Below the pieces are notes generated by a model, which saw nothing but the letters and a program-made list of their open reading frames with translations, had not been told where the DNA came from and did not search any database. A stretch of 33,764 bases of DNA, taken from contig DAIDKY010000001.1 in NCBI GenBank assembly GCA_027449805.1, positions 1-33,764 on the forward strand, read 5' to 3'. Shown here in pieces: positions 6,782-16,087 of this stretch (position 1 is its first letter; the number at the start of each line of letters is the position of its first letter). Source of the stretch: a bacterium. GTDB lineage: Bacteria; Patescibacteriota; Saccharimonadia; UBA4664. The translations under genes were made by a program, and so were the position numbers.

Positions 6782-8012
6782 GATCAATCCGTCCCCGCCG
6801 GAGGTCATGCATATAGACCTCAACTCGGCCTTCGCTATGACCGAGCAGCAGGCTAACCCGTTGCTGCGCGGCAGGCCCGTCGGGATAACCAATAGGCTCA
6901 ACGACTATGCTATCTGTATCGCGGCTTCGTATGAGGCTAAGGCGTGCGGAATAAATCTTGGTACGCGTAATCGCGATGCCCGCTATCGGGTACCGGGTTT
7001 TGTGATGCTCGAATCCGATCCGGCTAAGTATCAATATGTTCATCGTCAGCTAAAAGCTATCTTTCAGGACTATTCGCCGACGGCTCAGATGAAGAGTATC
7101 GACGAGGGCGTGATTGATTTTCGTAAGATGCAGGGTATCCTCAAGGGGCGTTCGCTCGAAGATATCGGGCGCGAGATCAAGCTCCGCATACGCCAGGAGA
7201 TCGGTGATTATATGACCGTCAACGTCGGTATCGGACAGAATCGTTGGATGGCCAAGCTGGCGGCCGGTTTCATGAAGCCGGACGGCCTCTATACGATCGA
7301 CAGTTCGAACCTTGAGCTTACCTATAGCTTGCTGCATTTAACCGAGCTGCCCTATATCGCTAGCCGCATGAAAGTACGCCTAAACGAGGCGGGCATCTAT
7401 ACCCCGTATGAGTTTCTCCATACGCCCGAACAGGTTCTTACCAAGCAGGTCTTTAGGAGTATCAACGGGCATCATTGGTATCTCAAGCTGCGAGGCTATG
7501 AGACCGACTTTGAAACGGGTATCCGCACGGTGGGGCGAAGCTATGTCTTGGAGCATCGCACGGCCGATCCCAAGGAGTTGGCGGCTCTGTGGTTTACGTC
7601 GGCGGTCAAGATCGCTCGGCGTTTGGGGCGCAACAATTTAGCAGCTCGAGGTCTATTACTCTACCTGAGGTACAAGGAGCCGCCTTACGGCTGGCACGAA
7701 CGCAAGATGTATCACGAGGCGGTACGGCGCGGTGATCAGCTCTACCGGCGGGCGCTCGACCTGTTTGCCCAGAGCCCGCCAGATCTAGAGGTTACGGCTA
7801 TGGCCATGACGGCTTATGCGGTAGAACCCTATCGAGCCCATCAGTTGCAACTCTACGATGATCAGGGACCAAGACAAGAAAGGCTTGAAGACGCCATAAA
7901 TAAGCTAAACGATCGTTATGGCGAGTTGGCGGTGGTGCCAGCTGGCGCTTGGGCATCGCGCAACCCGATGAAAGACAAGATCCCCTTTGGAACAATTCGT
8001 TATTTTGATTAG
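6771..8012 (+). CDS. dinB: Y-family DNA polymerase IV
   Basis: MHIDLNSAFA, AASYEAK, SIDEG and KPDG motifs. Confidence 0.93.
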   Translation: MELEINPSPPEVMHIDLNSAFAMTEQQANPLLRGRPVGITNRLNDYAICIAASYEAKACGINLGTRNRDARYRVPGFVMLESDPAKYQYVHRQLKAIFQDYSPTAQMKSIDEGVIDFRKMQGILKGRSLEDIGREIKLRIRQEIGDYMTVNVGIGQNRWMAKLAAGFMKPDGLYTIDSSNLELTYSLLHLTELPYIASRMKVRLNEAGIYTPYEFLHTPEQVLTKQVFRSINGHHWYLKLRGYETDFETGIRTVGRSYVLEHRTADPKELAALWFTSAVKIARRLGRNNLAARGLLLYLRYKEPPYGWHERKMYHEAVRRGDQLYRRALDLFAQSPPDLEVTAMAMTAYAVEPYRAHQLQLYDDQGPRQERLEDAINKLNDRYGELAVVPAGAWASRNPMKDKIPFGTIRYFD

Positions 8013-8038
8013 TGAATTCAGGATATACTAGAAGTATT

Positions 8039-9217
8039 ATGTCGTTTAATCTGCTCGACCTCCTCATCCTGGCTGTTGTCATCTATGCCATAGTGCGCGG
8101 GGCAAAGACCGGCCTATCGCGTCAGTTCTTCTCTTTGGGCGGCTTTCTGCTCGGCTTGATCATCGGTGCATTCATTGCGCCCTACATTAGCAAGTTGGTG
8201 AGTAACCCGATGGGCAAAGAAGTAATTATCATTGCCGTGGTGCTTAGCTGTACGGCGATCTTTAGCGGCTTGGGCGAGTATATCGGCGTGGTTCTGGCAA
8301 AACAGGAGAGACAACTTCATTTAGGGCGCGTCGACAACATTCTAGGTGCAGTCTTTGGGGCGGTTATGGTTTTAGTCGGTGCCTGGCTGATCGCCGGAAT
8401 GCTTATCGGAACTCCGTACCAATCGCTAAATCGTCTCTTAAACGGGTCAGGAACGATCCGGTTGCTCGATGAGACTCTCCCGCCGGCGCCGTCGATTCTG
8501 TCACGCCTCGAGCGCTTAGTTAATCCGAATGGCTTCCCTCAGGTATTCACGGGCTTAGAACCGGCTCCGTCGGGTCCGATCGTGCCGGCAACGGCCGCTC
8601 AGGTAGCGAGTGCCGTTAAGGCTGATAGAGCCTCAGTGGTAAAGATTCAAGGCTATGGTTGCGGCGGGCTGGTCAGCGGCTCTGGTTTTGTTGCTGCTCC
8701 GGGCATCGTAATGACGAACGCTCACGTTGTTGCCGGTATTGCCAACCCTGTCATAATCGATGCGTACGGCCGTCATACGGCAACGGTAGTCGAGTTTGAC
8801 CCGAGTATGGACGTTGCGGTACTAAGAGCCAACAATTTAGCCGGACCGGTTTTACGCCTTTCTCCTACCGAAGTGGCCCCGGGCACGCCGGCTGTGGTGC
8901 TGGGCTATCCGGGCGGGGGAGTCTTTACGGCCGGTGAGGCTGGTGTCATTGATGAACGTTTGGCGACGGGGCGAACGATCTACAACACCGGTATTACAAC
9001 TCGTGAAATCTATGAGCTTCAGGCGGTGGTAGAACCGGGAAATTCCGGCGGACCGCTCGTCCTGCCGGATGGTACCGTTATCGGCATAGTCTTTGCGCGT
9101 TCCGAAACCAATCCCGACATCGGCTACGCTCTGACCTTTAAGGAAGTACAATCGCAGTTGATCGCCGGCGAGAACAGCCAAGGAAGTACAGGTACTGGTG
9201 CGTGCGCTGCTGATTAG
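8039..9217 (+). CDS. MarP-family membrane serine protease (CvpA-like TM domain plus trypsin-like domain)
   Basis: Four N-terminal TM helices; TNAHVV, DVAVL and PGNSGGP catalytic triad motifs; GCG and terminal GAC cysteines. Start taken at ATG 8039. Confidence 0.88.
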   Translation: MSFNLLDLLILAVVIYAIVRGAKTGLSRQFFSLGGFLLGLIIGAFIAPYISKLVSNPMGKEVIIIAVVLSCTAIFSGLGEYIGVVLAKQERQLHLGRVDNILGAVFGAVMVLVGAWLIAGMLIGTPYQSLNRLLNGSGTIRLLDETLPPAPSILSRLERLVNPNGFPQVFTGLEPAPSGPIVPATAAQVASAVKADRASVVKIQGYGCGGLVSGSGFVAAPGIVMTNAHVVAGIANPVIIDAYGRHTATVVEFDPSMDVAVLRANNLAGPVLRLSPTEVAPGTPAVVLGYPGGGVFTAGEAGVIDERLATGRTIYNTGITTREIYELQAVVEPGNSGGPLVLPDGTVIGIVFARSETNPDIGYALTFKEVQSQLIAGENSQGSTGTGACAAD

Positions 9218-9239
9218 CCGGTAATGCTACACTAGGATT

Positions 9240-10154
9240 ATGAAGAACGATTACGACCTTGTTATTATCGGCGCCGGACCAGCAGGTCTGGCCGCTGCTA
9301 TTTATGCTGCCCGCGAAGACATTAAGGTTCTTGTTCTGGAGAAGTCAGTCGTTGGTGGACTTGCGGCGATTACTGATCAGATAGATAACTACCCGGGGTT
9401 TGCTGACGGCATCAGCGGTATAGAATTGGCTGATCATCTCGAAGCGCAAGCAAAACGTTTTGGAGCGGAGATCCGTACTGGAGCTGAAGCCCAATCGATT
9501 GAACGTGACAACGGGGATCTTTCGGTAAAAACTAGTCTAGGCGCGCTGCGCGCAAAGTCAGTACTTGTCGCTACGGGCTCGACCTATCGGCAGCTCGGTG
9601 TTCCGGGAGAGGCCGAGCAGATCGGTAAGGGGGTGCATTTCTGTGCAACCTGCGACGGTCCGATTTATAAAGGGCGTGAATTGGTGGTTGTCGGCGGCGG
9701 CAACTCGGCGGTTCAGGAGACACTATTTTTGGCTCGTTTTGCCAGTAAAATCACAATGCTTGTAAGAGGTCACAAGCTTACGGCATCGGCCATTCTGATC
9801 GATCAGCTTAATGAGCTGTCGAATGTTACGGTTGTATACAATTCCCCGATCGACTCAATTGCATCCGAGAACGGCCGAGTAAAATCGGTTATATCGGGCA
9901 GCACCCATTACGACTGCGACGGCGTCTTCGTGTTTATTGGTCTCCTGGCCAATACCGAGGAATTCGTTCATTTGATCGATCATGACGAGCGTAACTTTCT
10001 CAAGACCGATCGTAACTACGCAACAAACCTACCAGGCGTTTTTGTCGCGGGTGATGTGCGCAGCGAATCAACCTGGCAGATTGCTGCCGCCGTGGGCGAG
10101 GGAGCCAGTGCGGCTTTAGCTATTCGGCAGTATCTCGATAAGATTAAGCGGTAG
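9240..10154 (+). CDS. trxB: Thioredoxin-disulfide reductase
   Basis: GAGPAG, CATCDG active site, GGGNSA, FVAGDV. Confidence 0.93.
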   Translation: MKNDYDLVIIGAGPAGLAAAIYAAREDIKVLVLEKSVVGGLAAITDQIDNYPGFADGISGIELADHLEAQAKRFGAEIRTGAEAQSIERDNGDLSVKTSLGALRAKSVLVATGSTYRQLGVPGEAEQIGKGVHFCATCDGPIYKGRELVVVGGGNSAVQETLFLARFASKITMLVRGHKLTASAILIDQLNELSNVTVVYNSPIDSIASENGRVKSVISGSTHYDCDGVFVFIGLLANTEEFVHLIDHDERNFLKTDRNYATNLPGVFVAGDVRSESTWQIAAAVGEGASAALAIRQYLDKIKR

Positions 10155-10554
10155 CGTGTTCGGCAGCTTCGGCGGCGTCAGCATCGGCCTTGGTGTTGTG
10201 CACTGTACCATCCGGATGCTCTGCGGGAGAGTAGATCGAATAGAGTTTTAGCGCGTCACTGCCGACGTTAACGACGTTGTGCCATGTGCCGGCCGGTACA
10301 ATAATCGCCCAGTCGTCCTCGGCATCATATGTCTCTTCGACTGCATCCGCGGTTGTGCCTAGATCAACTCTTGCTTTTCCCTGTTCGATACGCAAGAACT
10401 GGTCATGATCTTCGTGAACTTCATTGCCGATCTCCTCGCCCGGTTGAATCGTCATTACGGTCAGCTGGCTGTATTTACCGGTATGCAAGACTGTTCGAAA
10501 AGTCTCGTTATCCAGCGTAATTTGTTCGATGTTTTTTACCCATCCTAGTGCCAT
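10144..10554 (-). CDS. Cupin domain protein
   Basis: EVHEDHDQF...E and VPAGTWHNV cupin motifs. Start moved to 10554 (MALGW) with SD AAGGAG. Confidence 0.9.
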   Translation of the reverse strand: MALGWVKNIEQITLDNETFRTVLHTGKYSQLTVMTIQPGEEIGNEVHEDHDQFLRIEQGKARVDLGTTADAVEETYDAEDDWAIIVPAGTWHNVVNVGSDALKLYSIYSPAEHPDGTVHNTKADADAAEAAEHATA

Positions 10555-10662
10555 AATCGTTCTCCTTGTAGTTTGATTGCGTAATAGGCTAATAATAACC
10601 AAACCGGTCAGGTTGCGTAATGGTGATTGTTACAATCAGTCGACTTGGGTACAATACCCCTT

Positions 10663-12063
10663 ATGAAAGCAATCACTGTCATTGAATCGAACAAGGCTGT
10701 CGGCCAGAAGGTAGTCGTTCGCGGTTGGGTCCACACCGTTCGTGACATGGGCAAGATAACCTTTGTCGATCTGCGTGATCAGACCGGTCTGCTACAAGTT
10801 GTCATTTCCGGAGACATGGAGGCGCCGCGGCTGGGCGTCGAATACGTCGTAGAGATCGAGGGCGAAGTACGCAAGCGCGGCGAGCGATTTATTAACCATA
10901 AATTGGCGACAGGCGAAGTTGAGATTGGGGCGACCTCGGTTAAGGTGCTAAGCGAGAGCGCCGAGCTGCCGTTTGAGATCAAGAACGATACGATCGGGAT
11001 CAACGAGGAACTACGCCTAAAACACCGTTACCTCGATCTACGCAGCGAGCGAATGGCCAAGAATCTGCGATTGCGGCACAGTGTCATTAAATTCATACGC
11101 GATTATCTTGACGCGGAGGGGTTCATCGAAGTTGAGACGCCGATGCTCAACAAAGGCACGCCCGAAGGTGCGCGAGAGTTTCTGGTACCGAGCCGCCTCC
11201 ACGCCGAAGAGTTCTATGTATTGCCCCAGAGCCCGCAGCAGTTCAAGCAGCTCCTAATGGTAGGGGGCATCGGTAAGTACTTCCAGATCGCGCGTAGTTT
11301 CCGCGATGAAGACCAGAGAGGCGACCGCCAGCCGGAGTTCACCCAGCTAGATATGGAGATGAGCTTCGTTGGCCAGGAGGAGGTGCTCGCTCTTAACGAG
11401 GCTATGCTAGTCGAGCTTATCGCCAAGGTTACTCCCGAGAAGCACATAACGAGCACGCCCTTCCCGCGTCTAACCTATGCCGAGGCGATGGAGAAGTATG
11501 GTACTGATAAGCCTGATCTGCGCAAGGATAAAGCCGACCCCAACGAGCTGGCTATCTGCTGGGTAGTTGACTTTCCGATGTTCGAGAAGAACAAAACGAC
11601 CGGTAAGATCGACGCCGCCCATCATCCGTTCACGGCGCCAAAAGTTGAGGACTTGGATAAGCTGGAGAGTGATCCGCTGAATGTTCGTGCAGACTCCTAC
11701 GACCTCGTAATAAACGGTTTTGAGCTCTCTAGCGGTTCGGTTCGTATCCATGAACCCGAGCTCCAGCAAAGAGTCTTTAAGGCCCTAGGTATGAAAGATA
11801 GCGAAATTGAAGCTAAGTTCGGTCATATGATAGAGGCCTTTAAGTTCGGTGCACCGCCTCATGCCGGTATGGCTCCGGGGATCGATCGACTCATCATGGT
11901 TCTGGCTAATGAGCCGAACATTCGCGAGGTTATGGCCTTTCCAAAGACAGGCGACGCGCGCGATCCATTAACCGGAGCGCCTGCCCGTGTTGCCGATTCC
12001 GCCCTTGATGAAGCTCATATCAAGACTGTACCGACAAAAAAACCAAAAGTTAAACCTATTTAA
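10663..12063 (+). CDS. aspS: Aspartate--tRNA ligase, short bacterial type without the GAD insertion
   Basis: OB-fold N-terminus, TPEGAREF, LPQSPQ, FRDED, QPEFTQLD, GAPPHAG, FPKT. YGTDKPDLR is joined almost directly to WVVDFP. Confidence 0.96.
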   Translation: MKAITVIESNKAVGQKVVVRGWVHTVRDMGKITFVDLRDQTGLLQVVISGDMEAPRLGVEYVVEIEGEVRKRGERFINHKLATGEVEIGATSVKVLSESAELPFEIKNDTIGINEELRLKHRYLDLRSERMAKNLRLRHSVIKFIRDYLDAEGFIEVETPMLNKGTPEGAREFLVPSRLHAEEFYVLPQSPQQFKQLLMVGGIGKYFQIARSFRDEDQRGDRQPEFTQLDMEMSFVGQEEVLALNEAMLVELIAKVTPEKHITSTPFPRLTYAEAMEKYGTDKPDLRKDKADPNELAICWVVDFPMFEKNKTTGKIDAAHHPFTAPKVEDLDKLESDPLNVRADSYDLVINGFELSSGSVRIHEPELQQRVFKALGMKDSEIEAKFGHMIEAFKFGAPPHAGMAPGIDRLIMVLANEPNIREVMAFPKTGDARDPLTGAPARVADSALDEAHIKTVPTKKPKVKPI

Positions 12064-12171
12064 CGCAGACCGTTAGTTGGCTTACTAAGCCATTTATGTT
12101 AGAATAATGCTAATCATTTATTAACGATGCGCCTCTCGTGCAGCCCGAGGCGTGTTTTATTGGAAACAGAT

Positions 12172-14001
12172 ATGACACCCACCGACAAGATTCGTAACGT
12201 AGCAATCATTGCCCACGTCGACCACGGGAAGACCACCCTTGTAGACGGCCTTTTAAAGCAGTCAAAGACATTTCGTGATAATCAAGCAGAGATGAATCAG
12301 ACGACAATTCTTGATACGGGCGATCTCGAGAGAGAACGCGGGATTACGATTTCGGCAAAGACTACAGCCGTTACCTATGACGGTTACAAGATCAACATTA
12401 TTGATACGCCGGGCCATGCTGACTTCTCTGGTGAAGTTGAGCGAACGCTTGGTATGGCCGACGGCTGCCTTTTGATCGTCGATGCCCAGGAAGGCCCGAT
12501 GCCGCAAACCAAGTTCGTCTTGCGCAAGGCTCTTCAATTGGGTCTGCGTCCGATCGTCGTCATTAATAAGATCGATAAACGCGACGCTCGTCCGGACGAG
12601 GTTATCGACGAGGTCGGCAGCCTTTTCCTAGATCTTGCGACCGATGATGATCAGCTTGAGTTCCCGGTTTATTATTCGATTGGGCGCGAAGGCAAAGCCT
12701 GGGACAACCGCCCGAGCGAAACCGAGGCCGAAGCGTCGGGAGATCTATCGGTTATCTTCAAAGCAATTATTGAGCATGTACCGGCTCCTCGCGTAAAATC
12801 TGATGGCCCGTTCCAGATGCTGGTTACGTCGCTTGCTTGGGATACCTACCAGGGCAAGTATGCTATTGGTCGTATCCAACGAGGCAAAGCAATTGCCGGC
12901 ATGCCCCTGGCACTTATTCAACGTGACGGCAAGATTGTAAAGGTCAAGGCGGATAAATTATTCGTTGCTCAAGGGCTGGAGCGAGTTGAGGCGGCCGAAG
13001 TACCGGCTGGCGACATCGTCTGGATCACCGGCATTAATGAATCACAGATCGGCGAGACGCTTGCGGATATAGAAACACCCGAGGCGTTGCCGGTAATGGA
13101 GATCGAGCCTCCTACACTTCAAATTGCCATGGGACCGAATACGTCGCCATTTGCCGGTCGCGAAGGCAAGTTTACAACTTCGCGCCAAATCGGCGCGCGT
13201 CTACAGCGCGAGCTGGAGACCAACGTCGGGTTACGAATTGTGGAGCAGGGCGTAAACTTCCTCGTCTCCGGCCGCGGCGAACTTCATTTATCGGTCCTGA
13301 TCGAGACCTTACGCCGCGAGGGTTTTGAGCTAGAAGTCGGTCGTCCGCAGGTTGTTGTTCGTGAGACCAACGGCGTTAAAGAAGAGCCGGTCGAGGAACT
13401 TACCGTCGAAGTCTCCGAGGAGCATGCCGGGGCCGTTACAAGCGAACTTGGGCGTCGTCGTGCGACGTTACTCGAGATGGCTCCGACCGGCAAGGGTACA
13501 CAGTCGCTCATTTACCGTCTGCCGACACGAGCGCTTCTCGGACTACGTAACATCCTTCTGTCGGCTACCAAGGGTACAGCCACCGTCAACTCGCTTTTGA
13601 TTGGCTATGAGCCCCTAGGAACGCCTCTGCAACAACTGCGTAATGGAGTACTCCTTTCGGCCGAGACCGGCGTTGCTACCGTATACAGCCTAAAAACCGT
13701 GGAAGAGCGCGGCACTGCTTATATTGGACCAGGAACCAAGGTTTACGAAGGTATGATCATCGGTCTAAATCGTCGCAGCGAGGATATGGAGATCAACGTT
13801 ACAAAAGAGAAAAAACTGACTAACGTGCGGGCTTCCTCGACCGATATGACAACTCAGCTGACACCATTTACCGATTTAACCTTGGAAGAAGCCCTTGATT
13901 TTATAGAAAACGACGAGCTTCTCGAGGTCACACCCGAAAACCTGCGTATGCGAAAGCGTTATTTGACCGATAATGAGCGTCGCAAGCACCGTAATAAGTA
14001 A
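12172..14001 (+). CDS. typA: Translational GTPase TypA/BipA
   Basis: [32 protein letters not shown] and C-terminal ELLEVTP. Start at ATG 12172. Confidence 0.97.
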   Translation: MTPTDKIRNVAIIAHVDHGKTTLVDGLLKQSKTFRDNQAEMNQTTILDTGDLERERGITISAKTTAVTYDGYKINIIDTPGHADFSGEVERTLGMADGCLLIVDAQEGPMPQTKFVLRKALQLGLRPIVVINKIDKRDARPDEVIDEVGSLFLDLATDDDQLEFPVYYSIGREGKAWDNRPSETEAEASGDLSVIFKAIIEHVPAPRVKSDGPFQMLVTSLAWDTYQGKYAIGRIQRGKAIAGMPLALIQRDGKIVKVKADKLFVAQGLERVEAAEVPAGDIVWITGINESQIGETLADIETPEALPVMEIEPPTLQIAMGPNTSPFAGREGKFTTSRQIGARLQRELETNVGLRIVEQGVNFLVSGRGELHLSVLIETLRREGFELEVGRPQVVVRETNGVKEEPVEELTVEVSEEHAGAVTSELGRRRATLLEMAPTGKGTQSLIYRLPTRALLGLRNILLSATKGTATVNSLLIGYEPLGTPLQQLRNGVLLSAETGVATVYSLKTVEERGTAYIGPGTKVYEGMIIGLNRRSEDMEINVTKEKKLTNVRASSTDMTTQLTPFTDLTLEEALDFIENDELLEVTPENLRMRKRYLTDNERRKHRNK

Positions 14002-14010
14002 CATTTAAGA

Positions 14011-14039
14011 TTGACAAATCGTGATGCTTATGCTAATAT
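14011..14039 (+). promoter_or_regulatory. Sigma70 promoter of the 14092 ORF
   Basis: TTGACA-17 nt-TAATAT with an extended TG. Confidence 0.75.
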
Positions 14040-14091
14040 AGTCACGATTCTGTACAAACAGGATTGATCACCCACATCGCGCTACAGGAGA

Positions 14092-14418
14092 GTGAGAATC
14101 ATGCAGCGGATTAAGAAGGTCGCAGCCAAGTTTGCATATTGGAACTTTGTCGTTTCTGGAGTCGTGCGCGACTTCGCAACGACCACCTACGGTCGTTTGA
14201 TCGTCAGGCTTGTCCTGTCGGCGACATTTCTTGTCGGAGGTGTCTATCTTGTCATGATGAGAAACCCGTTTGACGGGCCAGCAAGTTCGGATACTGCTTT
14301 CTGGGGTTCACTGGTCGCTGGTCTCGGAATTGGCTATCTCGGCCTGCGCATCCCCAATCGGACAATTCTTAGGCCTGCGATCCGTCAGTTTCGGGCTAGG
14401 CGTGGTTTGACCGAGTGA
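14092..14418 (+). CDS. Hypothetical small basic membrane protein (2 TM)
   Basis: Own promoter, SD AGGAG and downstream terminator; the start may be GTG 14092 or ATG 14101. Confidence 0.7.
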   Translation: MRIMQRIKKVAAKFAYWNFVVSGVVRDFATTTYGRLIVRLVLSATFLVGGVYLVMMRNPFDGPASSDTAFWGSLVAGLGIGYLGLRIPNRTILRPAIRQFRARRGLTE

Positions 14419-14484
14419 TGTGGGTGCCGGGTGGCGAATGGTGAGTAATCACCGTCGTCGCCCGGGCACCACTGCAATAATTAG

Positions 14485-14511
14485 AAAAGCCGCCCCCTGG
14501 GGTGGCTTTTT
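14485..14511. terminator. Intrinsic (bidirectional-type) terminator
   Basis: AAAAGCCGCCCC / GGGGTGGCTTTT stem. Confidence 0.75.
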
Positions 14512-14531
14512 GCTGTACAATGTAGGTTAGT

Positions 14532-14975
14532 ATGATGCTTATGTTGAGACGTTTAATTTTGGTTTCGTTGGCCGGCGTGGCTTTGGCCGCAATACCGTTT
14601 GTCGCTCAAGCTGAGACGGGCCTCGTCTCTCCGAATAATTCTGCGAGCGTGCTTCAGCCGACGGCAAGCCAGTCGCTCCAAACTGGTGCCGATCAGGGTT
14701 CGGCTGCATCAGCCAGCTTCCTTAATGACGAATTAGTCGGTGGTCAGCAGTCACCTCAAGCCGATAATCCCGCAACAGCTTCGTTTCCCTGGGGTGATCT
14801 AGCAGCAGCTATACTCCTAGCATTAGGACTAGCTGGGCTTTTAATTATTCTATATCGCAGCCGGCCAAAAACGGTTACCGAGCCGGAGCCCATTAATCAG
14901 AGCCAGCCTGCAGCCAAGATAAAATCAAAATCAAAGACTAAATCCAAGTCGAAGTCTAAACCTAGGAAAAAGTAG
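14532..14975 (+). CDS. Exported single-pass membrane protein with a Lys/Ser-rich tail
   Basis: Signal peptide ending in AQA, Ser/Gln-rich region, one TM helix, KSKSKTKSKSKSKPRKK tail. Confidence 0.75.
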   Translation: MMLMLRRLILVSLAGVALAAIPFVAQAETGLVSPNNSASVLQPTASQSLQTGADQGSAASASFLNDELVGGQQSPQADNPATASFPWGDLAAAILLALGLAGLLIILYRSRPKTVTEPEPINQSQPAAKIKSKSKTKSKSKSKPRKK

Positions 14976-14976
14976 G

Positions 14977-16077
14977 ATGGCGGTAAAACATCATCGTTTA
15001 GAGAAGAGCGAGGAGCGTTTACTGACGCTTCTCAATGCTATGACCGATGCTGCTATCGAGGTAGATACGAATGGTGAAATCCTACACTACAACGGAGCCG
15101 CATTATCGCTTCTTAACAGTCATGTCGACATTAAAGGGGAAAAACTAGATAAGCTGCTACCACTTAAGACTGAGAATGGCGACAAAATCACCTTTGCAGA
15201 ACTCGTTAAGGATGACCCGTCTGCGATAACGAGAAACGATCTTGTTACCGGTGACAAAAGCGAAGGTAATATGAACCTTGAATTAAAGTTGTCGCCGATT
15301 CGAATGACTAAACGTGGCCATCACCAGACCGAGGGCTATATGTTAGTGATACGCGATATCACCCGCCAGCGATCACTCGACGAAGAACGCGATGAGTTTA
15401 TTTCGGTTGCGTCCCATGAACTAAGAACTCCAGTTGCAATTGCCGAAGCCAACCTATCGACAGCACTGCTTCCGGGATTTACCGAGCTAGAACCAAAAGT
15501 TAGAGCGGTATTGAGCCAGGCTCACGATAATATTGTTTTCTTGGGCGAGTTAATTCACGATCTAACAACGCTATCTCGTGCTCAGCGCGACGATCTGCAT
15601 CCGGATTTCAGCTTGGTTGATCTCGGTGCTTTGGTAGTTAAATTGTGGCGAGATTATGCGGCCTTGGCCTCTAGTAAGGGTCTGGAGTTAGACTTTAAAC
15701 CGCCGACGAGTACGGTAAGCGCTGTTACAAGCGAAGAAGAGGTTAGGGAGATTTTACAAAATTTCATCACCAATGCTATTAAGTACACCGAAAAGGGTTC
15801 AGTTACTCTTTCTATACGACGACGCAGTGATAATACGGCTGAACTGGAAGTACGTGATACGGGTATCGGCATCTCGGCCTCTGATCAGAAGCGACTCTTT
15901 ACGAAGTTTTATCGCTCGGAGGATTACCGTACCCGAAGCACTACCGGTACAGGATTAGGCCTCTATATCGCACGAAAGCTTGCAGATCGGCTAGACGCAA
16001 CGATCGAACTCGACTCAAAACTAAATCAAGGTACATCATTCCGCTTGCTGTTGCCACAGCGCGGCCTTGATGAGTAA
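14977..16077 (+). CDS. Cytoplasmic PAS-domain sensor histidine kinase (PhoR/WalK-like)
   Basis: PAS region ending in RDIT, H-box SHELRTP, N-box NAIKYT, DTGIGI, GTGLGL; no TM segment. Confidence 0.92.
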   Translation: MAVKHHRLEKSEERLLTLLNAMTDAAIEVDTNGEILHYNGAALSLLNSHVDIKGEKLDKLLPLKTENGDKITFAELVKDDPSAITRNDLVTGDKSEGNMNLELKLSPIRMTKRGHHQTEGYMLVIRDITRQRSLDEERDEFISVASHELRTPVAIAEANLSTALLPGFTELEPKVRAVLSQAHDNIVFLGELIHDLTTLSRAQRDDLHPDFSLVDLGALVVKLWRDYAALASSKGLELDFKPPTSTVSAVTSEEEVREILQNFITNAIKYTEKGSVTLSIRRRSDNTAELEVRDTGIGISASDQKRLFTKFYRSEDYRTRSTTGTGLGLYIARKLADRLDATIELDSKLNQGTSFRLLLPQRGLDE

Positions 16078-16087
16078 GATAGGCACT

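Noticed and set aside
14917..14972. Short tandem-like AAATCA repeats
   Set aside because: They encode the Lys-Ser tail with synonymous variation; not a CRISPR array or DNA-level repeat.
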